From a virus (taxonomy: Duplodnaviria > Caudoviricetes): a stretch of 32,795 nt of DNA. Within the stretch, counting starts at the first letter, position 1. Each line of letters opens with the position of its first letter. The translations under genes were made by a program, and so were the position numbers. The DNA is taken from IMG/VR virus record IMGVR_UViG_3300032213_000678, positions 1-32,795 of that record. The stretch is one strand, 5' to 3'. The notes under the pieces are model-generated. The model ran no database searches and was not told the DNA's origin. It saw only the letters and a list, made by a program, of their open reading frames with translations. This document shows, in pieces, positions 16,762 to 25,172 of this stretch.

Positions 16762-17021
16762 GGGTTCCTTGCTCGGTAGATGCGTGCCTCAATTTCACGA
16801 ATAATGCTGTTCTGTCCCTCTCGATAGAAAGCATAATCGGCTGGAGAGCCAGGCACAGCAACAGGCTGCTCCAAAATTGTATCTCTCATGTACTTCATTA
16901 ACTTGGCACCGTCCTCTGTATTAAAAACTCTTAGGTATAAACGGTCAGTATCTTTACGGTGCTGGTCTACATTGCGTATATCTTTAGCCTGGCCAATGGC
17001 CTCTAGTTCATCCCAGCTCAT
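16758..17021 (-). CDS. Bbp19-like small head protein
   Basis: Y.RVFNTEDG...M and AFYREGQ motifs; conserved position between portal and scaffold. Confidence 0.75.
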   Translation of the reverse strand: MSWDELEAIGQAKDIRNVDQHRKDTDRLYLRVFNTEDGAKLMKYMRDTILEQPVAVPGSPADYAFYREGQNSIIREIEARIYRARNP

Positions 17022-17344
17022 TTAGGATACCCAAGTGGTTTATCATTCTTGTCTGCAAACGGTGAACGACCTTGTTTGATCCTGGCAGCCGCATGATCCA
17101 CAGCTTTTTGCACTATACCTGGTGGCATCTTGTCCATAAATGTCTTTGATGCAGGATCGTTATTTAATAAGTAATTAAACTCCTGCTTGGTTAAGTTTGG
17201 CACTATTAATGGGATCTCTGTTTCTTTCCCATTTAACCCAACACCAATACTTATCTCTGTCATGACGTTACCATCAGGGCGCTTAATCTCACCAAAAAAT
17301 CCAGTTCCTTTGGGAGTGCCATCAGCTCTATTCCCATAATCCAT
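17018..17344 (-). CDS. Hypothetical protein (108 aa) inserted after the portal gene
   Basis: TAATG/ATGA coupling on both sides; G.GFFG......MTE.SIG......EIPL.VP motif. Confidence 0.7.
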   Translation of the reverse strand: MDYGNRADGTPKGTGFFGEIKRPDGNVMTEISIGVGLNGKETEIPLIVPNLTKQEFNYLLNNDPASKTFMDKMPPGIVQKAVDHAAARIKQGRSPFADKNDKPLGYPK

Positions 17345-18963
17345 TACATACCCTCCGGCGCTGGCAATGCCTGTTGTGCTGGCTGTCCTTGCTGCTGTTG
17401 TTGCTGCATCATTTGCACTTGAGCCATAGCTGCCATTTGTTGTTGGTTTCTGGCCTCTTCCATCATTACAGCACGCTCAGCTCGATTGTTTCTAACCGAC
17501 ATTGGCACACCCATTTTGTCACCCAGATAGTCAACCAGCGCATCCATCTTCAATGCAATCTGGCCATCTGGTCCTAGATTCTGCATGAGCTGAGCATAAT
17601 TTAATATGGCACCAATCTCTTCCTGGTTCTGAGCCTGGGCAAGCGGAGCCACCGGCACCACCTTAACTTCAAGCCCATTGACGCGCAGTGGCATATCGAT
17701 TAAGCCACGCTCGTCCATGACTTCCAAGATCTTCGCTGTTAGCGGAATCATGGTTTCGTTAATCAAGCGGCCAAACGCAGATCCAAGATTCTGAGCCAGC
17801 TCCTTCATGCGCTCAACAATTTCAGTTGCAGAGCGTGCGCTCATGTTCTCAGGTGGCAAAGACTCGTCTAACAGTATCCGCTTAATGTTCGTGCGTAAAT
17901 CGTTAATCACTAGCTGCGATACATTGAAATCACCAGAACGTGGCAATGCCTGGAGAGCTGGACCTTGTGGCCCACCGTTTCGCGCAACCGGGATAATCGC
18001 ACCAGGCACCAATTTAACTGTATTAGGATTTAATACACCATCATCAGCTGCTGTATACACACCACTAACGGCCATGCTGGCATTCTTTAGTAAGAGCTCA
18101 ATTGTTTTGTTTAATGTCTTAATGTCTGGCAATGCTGTCATCAGTGGGCCGCGACCATAGATCTCGCCGGCCACCTTCATGTATCGGCTAATTACCCATG
18201 GGCTCGACTTGCGGCGGCGGTAAACCAGCTCAGCTTTAGATACCTTGTCAATTACGTGATAACAGTAGTCACCTCGGCCATGGTCATAGATTGTGGCCTC
18301 CAGCATTTCGATATCATCAGTAGGCTTTTGGTCAATCCTGCGCTGCATCTCGTCAGGTATATTGGCATCTGGCCACTGACGAATAATGCTTTCACCTTTC
18401 ATGCGGATCTTGCGATACACATTATCTACCTGGCCATTAGCGCCTTCTTCATAGCTGACCAGGAATAGTGGCACAGGTATAAAGTTAATTGGGTTAACCG
18501 AATCGCCAGGCTGCACCATCATGCACGCAGTACCAACAGACAGATCCAGCAAAAACTCACCCATAGCAATATCAAAATTTGATTGCTTTAGGACGGTAAA
18601 CATTTTGTCGCAATAGGCTTCAAAGATATTCCTAGCCATTTGCTGCTTTTCAAGTGGAATATCTGAGCCTGGCTCAAGCGTTGCCCACTTGCGTTGCGGT
18701 GGGAATATTACTGATTGCAAACGATTTGCAAATCTCTGTGTACTATTGATTGCAGTGGAATCAAATACACGCTGCATCTTTTTGCTGCCAACAGAACCGC
18801 CATCCCACACACCGTACAATTGACGTTGTGGAAGAGCAAACTCATACGCATCTTGATACAACTGCTGAAACTCATCTTTCTTTGTTTGAGCAGCTGCCTG
18901 ACGTTTAATAATTTGTTCTGGTGTTAAGCGAGTACCACCAGGAGCAGATTTATCGTATTCCAT
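17344..18963 (-). CDS. Portal (head-tail connector) protein, T7 gp8/Bbp21 family
   Basis: VFDSTA, GEIYGRGP, SATEI.ER and LGSAFGRL motifs; Gln-rich C-terminus. Confidence 0.95.
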   Translation of the reverse strand: MEYDKSAPGGTRLTPEQIIKRQAAAQTKKDEFQQLYQDAYEFALPQRQLYGVWDGGSVGSKKMQRVFDSTAINSTQRFANRLQSVIFPPQRKWATLEPGSDIPLEKQQMARNIFEAYCDKMFTVLKQSNFDIAMGEFLLDLSVGTACMMVQPGDSVNPINFIPVPLFLVSYEEGANGQVDNVYRKIRMKGESIIRQWPDANIPDEMQRRIDQKPTDDIEMLEATIYDHGRGDYCYHVIDKVSKAELVYRRRKSSPWVISRYMKVAGEIYGRGPLMTALPDIKTLNKTIELLLKNASMAVSGVYTAADDGVLNPNTVKLVPGAIIPVARNGGPQGPALQALPRSGDFNVSQLVINDLRTNIKRILLDESLPPENMSARSATEIVERMKELAQNLGSAFGRLINETMIPLTAKILEVMDERGLIDMPLRVNGLEVKVVPVAPLAQAQNQEEIGAILNYAQLMQNLGPDGQIALKMDALVDYLGDKMGVPMSVRNNRAERAVMMEEARNQQQMAAMAQVQMMQQQQQQGQPAQQALPAPEGM

Positions 18964-19553
18964 TATTCATACCATTCTAATTGTAAGGATGCTGCGTGAG
19001 CTGTTCCATTTACATTTGTAAGCCTAAACAAATAATTTGTTAATGGCTTTAATACGTATTCCAATGATCCTGCAGCGCCACCACTAGATTTTTTACCACT
19101 ACCACCTGGTAATATTTGCGCATCAAGTTGAGTACCTAATGATGTTACTGTTGGGTTAATAATCATCGCAACTTGGCTGCTAGTCGTATAATTGCGATTC
19201 CTATTGATAGGAGTAAAATACGTGCCTCCAGTAGCAGACGTTCCTTCATATATATAAAGCTCCGCATCTCCGAGACATAAAGCATCAATAGTTACGTGTG
19301 GCGATACTCCAGATGCTGATGCAAGGACAATATCTATACTTGCTCCAGCTCCCAATGGTGCTGAATCTGGTGATATCTTATAAGCAAACCAAGCTCTTCC
19401 ATCATGGTTTCGTTGATGATTTACATCAACAGAAATCATTGGCGCATCAGCGCCAGCAACAACATAACTGCCAGAATTGTTTTTCTGTGCAACAGTTACA
19501 AATCGTGATTTAACATCACCAGATTCTAGATTGGCATAAGTTAACGCCATCAA
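18963..19553 (-). CDS. Hypothetical beta-rich protein, probably virion-associated
   Basis: 196-aa ORF coupled to the portal gene; S/T/G-rich with P.NRNR and L.P.T.YL.R.TN motifs. Confidence 0.65.
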   Translation of the reverse strand: MMALTYANLESGDVKSRFVTVAQKNNSGSYVVAGADAPMISVDVNHQRNHDGRAWFAYKISPDSAPLGAGASIDIVLASASGVSPHVTIDALCLGDAELYIYEGTSATGGTYFTPINRNRNYTTSSQVAMIINPTVTSLGTQLDAQILPGGSGKKSSGGAAGSLEYVLKPLTNYLFRLTNVNGTAHAASLQLEWYE

Positions 19554-20017
19554 TCATCCTCTTCTTCAATGCCACCCATTGCAACCAGTGCTGCAGTTAT
19601 AGGACCACCTGGCTCCCAGGTATCGCACGTTCTGCTAGCGGTGCAAGGTATATCCCACTCATCGCAATATCCACCTGCATCACCAGTATCAACCCATTCT
19701 GGATCAACCTCTGGTGGTGTGACCTGCTCATACTTTTTCATGCAGTCATCAATGAATTTTGTTTTCCAATAGTGGCCACAGTTTGAGCACAACATTTCTC
19801 TAGCTGCACGCTCACTAACATTCCACTTGGTAGACTTAATTATCCAGTAGATTGTTTCTGGTGCTCGCGGATTTGCTGGTCCTAGATTAGCCTTAGTAAT
19901 ACATATGCGATGATTTTTAATGCTCATCTCTTTGTCCATCAATACTTCAGGACATTTTATATCTGATGATTGGCTAATGGCCTCATCTGCCAGCATGGTT
20001 CGTTCTGATCTCGCCAT
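19550..20017 (-). CDS. Cys-rich putative metal-binding protein
   Basis: CSNCGHY...GYCDEWDIPCTASRTCDTW; coupled to both neighbours. Confidence 0.7.
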   Translation of the reverse strand: MARSERTMLADEAISQSSDIKCPEVLMDKEMSIKNHRICITKANLGPANPRAPETIYWIIKSTKWNVSERAAREMLCSNCGHYWKTKFIDDCMKKYEQVTPPEVDPEWVDTGDAGGYCDEWDIPCTASRTCDTWEPGGPITAALVAMGGIEEEDD

Positions 20018-20181
20018 TACATTGACTCTTTTTTCTGCTTGATGCCAGCCTCAGACATAGCAATTGCTATTGCCTGGTCATGAGATTTAACTTTGTCACC
20101 GCTTGAACTTTTAAGTTTGCCGGCTTTGTATTCGCGCATTACTTTGGCAACCTTTGCTTTCATTTTATCTGACTGTTCCAT
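20017..20181 (-). CDS. 54-aa basic protein, DUF6496-like
   Basis: Not in the ORF track; MEQSDKMKAKVAKVMREYKAGKLKSSSGDKVKSHDQAIAIAMSEAG...; TAATG overlaps at both ends. Confidence 0.85.
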   Translation of the reverse strand: MEQSDKMKAKVAKVMREYKAGKLKSSSGDKVKSHDQAIAIAMSEAGIKQKKESM

Positions 20182-20846
20182 TATTCCCCCTGCAACATTG
20201 GTCTAGTTGATCCACGCCTAGCGGCTCCCAGCCTGGCTGACTTACGTTCTGCTAATTCACGTTGATATGTTGTCTGCAGTTCTTGTCTTTTTTGTGTAAA
20301 TGGTTCTTCATTAAACGAATCTATTTTTGGTGCCGTTGGAGCTGTTGGTGCTGATGGCGCTTTTTCTGTAAATGTTGGTACTGGATTATCTTTGTACAAA
20401 TCATAGAATCTATCCTTAGTACCTTTTGGTGCAACCTCATAAGAATACCCAGATGGTAAATTTTTGGTACTTATTTTTTGCCCATCAATATTCCATATTT
20501 GTTCAGCTGTGCCTTTTTGAAGATCTGCTTTCAAAGTAAATGGAGCATCAACTTTTGTCTTTCCTTGAAAATTAGTTAATGACTCATTAAATTGTTTTAG
20601 CTTTTCTTCATATGCAGACTTAGCACTTTCGTATGCTGGATTATCAACTTCTTGATATTGCTTCATTGCTTGTTCAAATGGTGCCAATTGTTCTGCTGCA
20701 CTTTTTTGATATCCAGCATAAGCAGTCTCATACTCACCAGTTAAACCTGTTGATTGACTTTGATATTGTTTAGCAAGTCTTTGGATATCAGACGTTTTGC
20801 GTCTGGCAAACATTGTCTGCTGATATTTTGAGGTAGTAGATGCCAT
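20181..20846 (-). CDS. Hypothetical coiled-coil protein
   Basis: 221-aa ORF in the operon; helical with an Arg-rich C-terminus. Confidence 0.7.
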   Translation of the reverse strand: MASTTSKYQQTMFARRKTSDIQRLAKQYQSQSTGLTGEYETAYAGYQKSAAEQLAPFEQAMKQYQEVDNPAYESAKSAYEEKLKQFNESLTNFQGKTKVDAPFTLKADLQKGTAEQIWNIDGQKISTKNLPSGYSYEVAPKGTKDRFYDLYKDNPVPTFTEKAPSAPTAPTAPKIDSFNEEPFTQKRQELQTTYQRELAERKSARLGAARRGSTRPMLQGE

Positions 20847-20848
20847 AG

Positions 20849-21295
20849 TTATACCATCATCCCTGTGCCGAGTTGACCTGCGGTAATACCGAGTTCTGGA
20901 TTTATACGTTCTTGTGAAAGCAATGATCTACGGCCACCGCGAGTTCTGGCCTTTAATGCAGACGCTTCTTGCATTGCAGACTTGCGGCGCTCTTCATCTG
21001 CTGCAGCTTGCACTTCTCTAGCTTTGCTTTCCATAGAAAGTTTGTTTTCAGCGTATTGCGCTTGTGATGCCGCAAACTGTTCTTTAGCCAGGTTAGCTTG
21101 TTGTTGCAATGATGCCGATTGTTTTGAAAACTCAGCAGTTTGTTTTGCAACTTCACCACGCATAGCGGCTGCTTGTATTTCTTGAGCGGCCAATGCTTTC
21201 TTTTGCTGTCGTTCAGCTTCAGATCTTGCAGCTCTAGCTTCACTTGCCGTATAAAGACCTGTTCCAACTATGGCCGCTGCAACAAAAAATGGCAT
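20849..21295 (-). CDS. Small Ala/Gln-rich putative virion/ejection protein
   Basis: Hydrophobic N-terminus, coiled coil and an R.GRRSLLS tail, as in pre-portal podovirus proteins; AGGGAG SD. Confidence 0.7.
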   Translation of the reverse strand: MPFFVAAAIVGTGLYTASEARAARSEAERQQKKALAAQEIQAAAMRGEVAKQTAEFSKQSASLQQQANLAKEQFAASQAQYAENKLSMESKAREVQAAADEERRKSAMQEASALKARTRGGRRSLLSQERINPELGITAGQLGTGMMV

Positions 21296-21296
21296 G

Positions 21297-21611
21297 TTAA
21301 TTCTCCCTTATCAAAACATCATCAACTTTGTCTGGATTATCTTCATCAGTTGAGTGTATGCAAAACCAAACAGAATCTTCTTGAGCAGTAATTTTGTGTT
21401 CTTGGCCGGCTTTGATCGTAATGCAAAATGGAGCGACATAATCTGTCTTTGCTTCTCCAATTTCTACAGTTACAAAACCAGATGCCAAAATGCTTAAATG
21501 ATCGTAATCGTGGGTATGCTTTACAACGTACATACCTCTAGGAATATTCATTTGCTTGGCATATAGGTTATGACCAAAATGATGCCAAATATTTACTTCT
21601 GAATTGTCCAT
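21297..21611 (-). CDS. Cupin-fold protein
   Basis: HHFG..LYAK....P......H.H.YDHLSIL.SG and H.I.A.EDSVW.CIH cupin metal motifs. Confidence 0.85.
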   Translation of the reverse strand: MDNSEVNIWHHFGHNLYAKQMNIPRGMYVVKHTHDYDHLSILASGFVTVEIGEAKTDYVAPFCITIKAGQEHKITAQEDSVWFCIHSTDEDNPDKVDDVLIREN

Positions 21612-21617
21612 GCGTGG

Positions 21618-21645
21618 ATTCTATTGGGTTTTGTGGGAATTGCAA
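21618..21645 (-). promoter_or_regulatory. Sigma70-type promoter for the head operon (probably a leaderless mRNA)
   Basis: TTGCAA-N16-TAGAAT-N6-ATG with no SD. Confidence 0.6.
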
Positions 21646-21657
21646 TGGTGCGATATC

Positions 21658-23205
21658 TCATGAAAATACATCAAAATCCATCTTGGCCACTACCTGCTGG
21701 CTAGGCGCACGCCCTGGTTGGTTGGATTGCCTGGTTAGCCGGTTGTATTCACCGCCACCCAGCAACAGATATCCGAATGCGTCACCTACGTGGGAGTGCT
21801 CATTCTTATTCGGTGCGTCCCTAAATCGTTCGTGGCCGGCACCGACCGCAACCCGCTTAAAGTGATAGCCACCAGCCAGTGATTTGCGTAGCAGCTTGCA
21901 ACGTCTGGCCACAATTAGACCAGGCTTGCCTTCAATTAGTCGTTGCATAGGCATAGCAGCTGACTCTCGTCGCACTTTAAAATCATTGCTGGGTGCCGGC
22001 TGAGCTCGCAACCCAAGTGTGCGCAAGTAATCAAAGCTGGTGACCTCATAGATCTGATCTCTGGCCATACCCGCGGGATCTCCCCAGGGCAGTACTTGGT
22101 AGCCAGGGTATTTGGAATTAAGATCTGCTAGCAAGTGCTGACCAAAACGCTCCAAACCCATATCCTCGGTGACTATCTCATCTAGGATCTGCCACCTGCC
22201 ATTGGCCAAACGCTGACCGATAACGGCTGCAGGAGTTAAACCAAAGTCTAATCCGACCTGTATTGCCTGAGTTGGATCCGGTTCTGGATCCCCGACCATC
22301 AGATTATCGTCATACTCAGGCCAAACTGGCCGGCCTTCTTGGACGTAGGTATACAACCCACCTGCGTAACAGCGGATCCAATCAGCGTTTTTACCGAGTA
22401 GCATCTGCTGGTAATAGCCGGCTGGTAGGTTCCCGACATTCTCCGCTTTGTTGTTAATTTTCCACCACTTGCCGCCAGCGAATATATGGTCATTGGCTTC
22501 TGGGTAATCTGGTAGTTCGGCACCTGAGACTTCGACCATTCCTCCCGGTTGCTTGAAAAATTGCCACGCATACTTGCCCGACATTTTCTCTTTTTCTGCC
22601 AGCTTAAACCACCAGTGGTCATCGTCCATAGGATTAGTATCCATCCAAATGCCATGCCAAGTAGCGCCGCCATCACGCTTAGTGGGATAGCGGCCAACAC
22701 GATGAGTAAGCCCATCAATAACTGCTTTTGGAAGTTCTCTGGCTTCATTTACCCAGGCTCCTGTCAGTTCAAGTGAAAGTAATTTGCGCACATCTTTGGG
22801 TTGATCTAACGCCAGGAATATGATTTCGCAATCAATACCGGCTGCGTCACCTCTTGATGGTAAGCGGATATGATGGGTAATAGGTGGAGTCCAGAGCAGT
22901 GGCCCAAACGTATTCTCTGGGAATAGATCTGTCCAGGTTTTGATGGTGGTGGTCTTTAGCATTGGGTAGCTATTACGCACAATGGCAAACCTGGTGTACC
23001 TGATACCATCAATTGGGCTAGGTTTTTGTTGTACGGCACGCATCATAATCTCAGCTGCGCACGCATAGCTCTTACCGGATCCAACTGGCCCCATTAATCC
23101 ACGTACAAAATTATTAGACTGCAGAAACTTCCAGACCACTGGACTAGTGGAGAAGTCTAGATTTAGACCAGTGGTTTCTTTGCTGCCGGTTTCTTTAGTT
23201 TTCAC
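21658..23205 (-). CDS. terL: Terminase large subunit
   Basis: Walker A GPVGSGKS, Walker B AWVNEARE, DTNP coupling motif, nuclease GLDFG and H..DA; GTG start. Confidence 0.95.
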   Translation of the reverse strand: MKTKETGSKETTGLNLDFSTSPVVWKFLQSNNFVRGLMGPVGSGKSYACAAEIMMRAVQQKPSPIDGIRYTRFAIVRNSYPMLKTTTIKTWTDLFPENTFGPLLWTPPITHHIRLPSRGDAAGIDCEIIFLALDQPKDVRKLLSLELTGAWVNEARELPKAVIDGLTHRVGRYPTKRDGGATWHGIWMDTNPMDDDHWWFKLAEKEKMSGKYAWQFFKQPGGMVEVSGAELPDYPEANDHIFAGGKWWKINNKAENVGNLPAGYYQQMLLGKNADWIRCYAGGLYTYVQEGRPVWPEYDDNLMVGDPEPDPTQAIQVGLDFGLTPAAVIGQRLANGRWQILDEIVTEDMGLERFGQHLLADLNSKYPGYQVLPWGDPAGMARDQIYEVTSFDYLRTLGLRAQPAPSNDFKVRRESAAMPMQRLIEGKPGLIVARRCKLLRKSLAGGYHFKRVAVGAGHERFRDAPNKNEHSHVGDAFGYLLLGGGEYNRLTRQSNQPGRAPSQQVVAKMDFDVFS

Positions 23206-23238
23206 TTAATCCCTTTGCGCGGATTACATTATCTCTGT

Positions 23239-23430
23239 TCATAACTTATGCCCTCTTATCTGTCTGCAACGCATGCGGTCTTCTGCGCTAAAGTCTGGAC
23301 TAATCTCTGCCACGCCACACATGATCTGCCGCTCTCCTGAAATAACTTTTACGCTGTAGTACAAAGAAAACATGGCTATGGTTATGTAGAACGCAACCGC
23401 TAAAATCTCAAATGGTTTTACTTTAGTCAT
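23239..23430 (-). CDS. Small single-TM protein
   Basis: TM segment followed by CGVAEISPDF....R..CR; start uncertain (23430-23448). Confidence 0.65.
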   Translation of the reverse strand: MTKVKPFEILAVAFYITIAMFSLYYSVKVISGERQIMCGVAEISPDFSAEDRMRCRQIRGHKL

Positions 23431-23863
23431 CTTTATCCTCCACATCAATTATCTCTGGTGACTTAATATTAATACCAATCACACTAGGTTTATCGCTACC
23501 TTCTGGGTTATCCAACAGTCCTGATGCCTTGGCCAGCAGCCTTAGTACCTGCACTTTGTCGTAAAGCTCGATCTCTAAGAATGCATTGCCATCCTTATCT
23601 ACTCTGCTGGTAATCTTTTTGATGGCATGCAGTGCGTGCTCTGGCATTTGGCTGGGAGTTTTTACCGTCACATTGCCGGCACTGTCCCAATCCATAATGT
23701 CAGTGATCTTGGTGTTTGCCATTGACAGCAAAGCATAGGCAACAGCTTCCCGGTTGGACTCTAGGGTGGCAGAACGCTCCATCCGTTTCTGGATTAAGCG
23801 AACACCACCCCAGTTTTTCAGGCTAGGTATTTGATTTGGATGTTTTGTTTTAGTGGCCATCAA
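23423..23863 (-). CDS. terS: Terminase small subunit
   Basis: A...ITDIMDWD..G.V...IKKI...IELYDK..VL.LL pattern; upstream of terL. Confidence 0.75.
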   Translation of the reverse strand: MMATKTKHPNQIPSLKNWGGVRLIQKRMERSATLESNREAVAYALLSMANTKITDIMDWDSAGNVTVKTPSQMPEHALHAIKKITSRVDKDGNAFLEIELYDKVQVLRLLAKASGLLDNPEGSDKPSVIGINIKSPEIIDVEDKDD

Positions 23864-24117
23864 TAATATCTCGGAGCACAGGTAACATCTACCACCACTT
23901 CAGCTGAGTACCCATTGATCTTGCGCCTGGAGTTAATAACCACAGCTCTGGTGCCATTCTTCTCGCACTCATTAATGGCCATGATTACTTCATTCCTAGT
24001 CATTGGCTGCATTTGCTTATCCATCACCAGCTCAATCTCAGGCGCTCTAACCGCAACCTGCTTTTCAGTGGCACAGGCTGCTAACAATAGCGGCAGGAAT
24101 AGTATCATTTTACTCAT
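23860..24117 (-). CDS. Lipoprotein
   Basis: MSKMILFLPLLLAAC lipobox; GAGGAG SD; two further Cys. Confidence 0.75.
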   Translation of the reverse strand: MSKMILFLPLLLAACATEKQVAVRAPEIELVMDKQMQPMTRNEVIMAINECEKNGTRAVVINSRRKINGYSAEVVVDVTCAPRYY

Positions 24118-24365
24118 TGTGAACACTCCTCAAAAGAAGATCGCCTAAACAAGCTCAACTTAGTCAACTGCCCACCCATGGCTTTCAACTCAATACCCTG
24201 GTAGGTATTCCAGTGGGTTAGTCCATAGCCAGGAGAGACAAACAATCTGTCCTGGTAATGCGGCAGGTAGACAATACCTCGCAAGATATAGGCAGGGTAC
24301 AAGCCAACCTCGGCCATAGCACCCATCCTAACGTCAGCACCTCTGGTTTTCTTTTTAATTAACAT
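24114..24365 (-). CDS. Hypothetical protein
   Basis: 83-aa ORF coupled to both neighbours. Confidence 0.6.
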   Translation of the reverse strand: MLIKKKTRGADVRMGAMAEVGLYPAYILRGIVYLPHYQDRLFVSPGYGLTHWNTYQGIELKAMGGQLTKLSLFRRSSFEECSQ

Positions 24366-24598
24366 TAGAAAGGTATCCCATCATTTGGCAGCCCACCGTC
24401 TTTGTTTTGATCCACCTTGATAGAAAACTTAGGAGCACCGTTCTTAGTCTCACCTTCCCACATAGCAAACTTAACCAGCGTGCCATCCTCCAACTTCAGC
24501 TCACCTTTCCAATCTGGCTTAGCATCACCAGGCTTTTTAAAGCTATTCTTAAACGCACTACCGTTACCAGGCTTATGTTCGTACTTAGGCTTATCCAT
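24365..24598 (-). CDS. Small ssDNA-binding-like protein (DUF736-like) with a DGIPF tail
   Basis: GGAG SD before the ATG at 24598; G.AF.N..K.....PDWKG......G.....A.W; ends NDGIPF. Confidence 0.7.
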   Translation of the reverse strand: MDKPKYEHKPGNGSAFKNSFKKPGDAKPDWKGELKLEDGTLVKFAMWEGETKNGAPKFSIKVDQNKDGGLPNDGIPF

Positions 24599-24620
24599 GT
24601 TTTCTCCGTAAAAAATAAAG

Positions 24621-24659
24621 TAGGGTACTCGCTGCACCTTTCGGCATCCGCTTTCCCCA
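24621..24659 (-). ncRNA. Candidate RNA hairpin with a loop-E/sarcin-ricin-type internal loop and GNRA tetraloop
   Basis: TGGGGAAAGCGGATGCC-GAAA-GGTGCAGCGAGTACCCTA. Confidence 0.5.
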
Positions 24660-24762
24660 TACATAGACTAAACCAATTGATATAGGAGCGTGATTAGTAA
24701 TAACTATTGATAGTTATAAAGCGATAGTGTTTTCCTTATTGCGTATCTCTGTGGGTTTGTTA

Positions 24763-24895
24763 GTATTAGGGCAGGGGCCATTACCCAGCCCTCCCGCCGG
24801 TAGTCTGCGACCAAGGGAATAAACGTAGCTAATGGGGCAGCTCTCCTTCTCTCTATGCCTGGATAGGATACACATAGACAGATCGGGGCTAATAC
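24763..24895 (-). ncRNA. Candidate multi-stem structured RNA
   Basis: GTATTAG/CTAATAC closing stem enclosing TCTATG/CATAGA, CCATTA/TAATGG and TCCC-TTGGT/ACCGG-C-GGGA stems. Confidence 0.45.
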
Positions 24896-25172
24896 CTCCA
24901 CCTGCAGTAGCAGGAGCTTAGATAAACTAGAGCAGACAGCTTTTATAGCTTAGCCATATATATGGGTTAGGTTGCTGCACTCGAAACAAACGCAATAAAC
25001 GCATCTGTAGAGAAAACACAGGAAAAATTGTGTCAGTCACCCCCATCGCTACACCGACCCCACCCCCCCAATAGTGCCTTTCTGTTAACGCTACGTATTC
25101 TTTTGCTAACGAAACTGGCATGTGTACAGACTTCAAATGTTCGTTTGGGCTTTATACACACACCCCTTGCGC

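Noticed and set aside
24780-24830. Twister-like ribozyme (GGTCGCAG...GAGGG)
   Set aside because: The loop UCGC cannot form the required pseudoknot with AGGG, and no hammerhead or pistol core was seen
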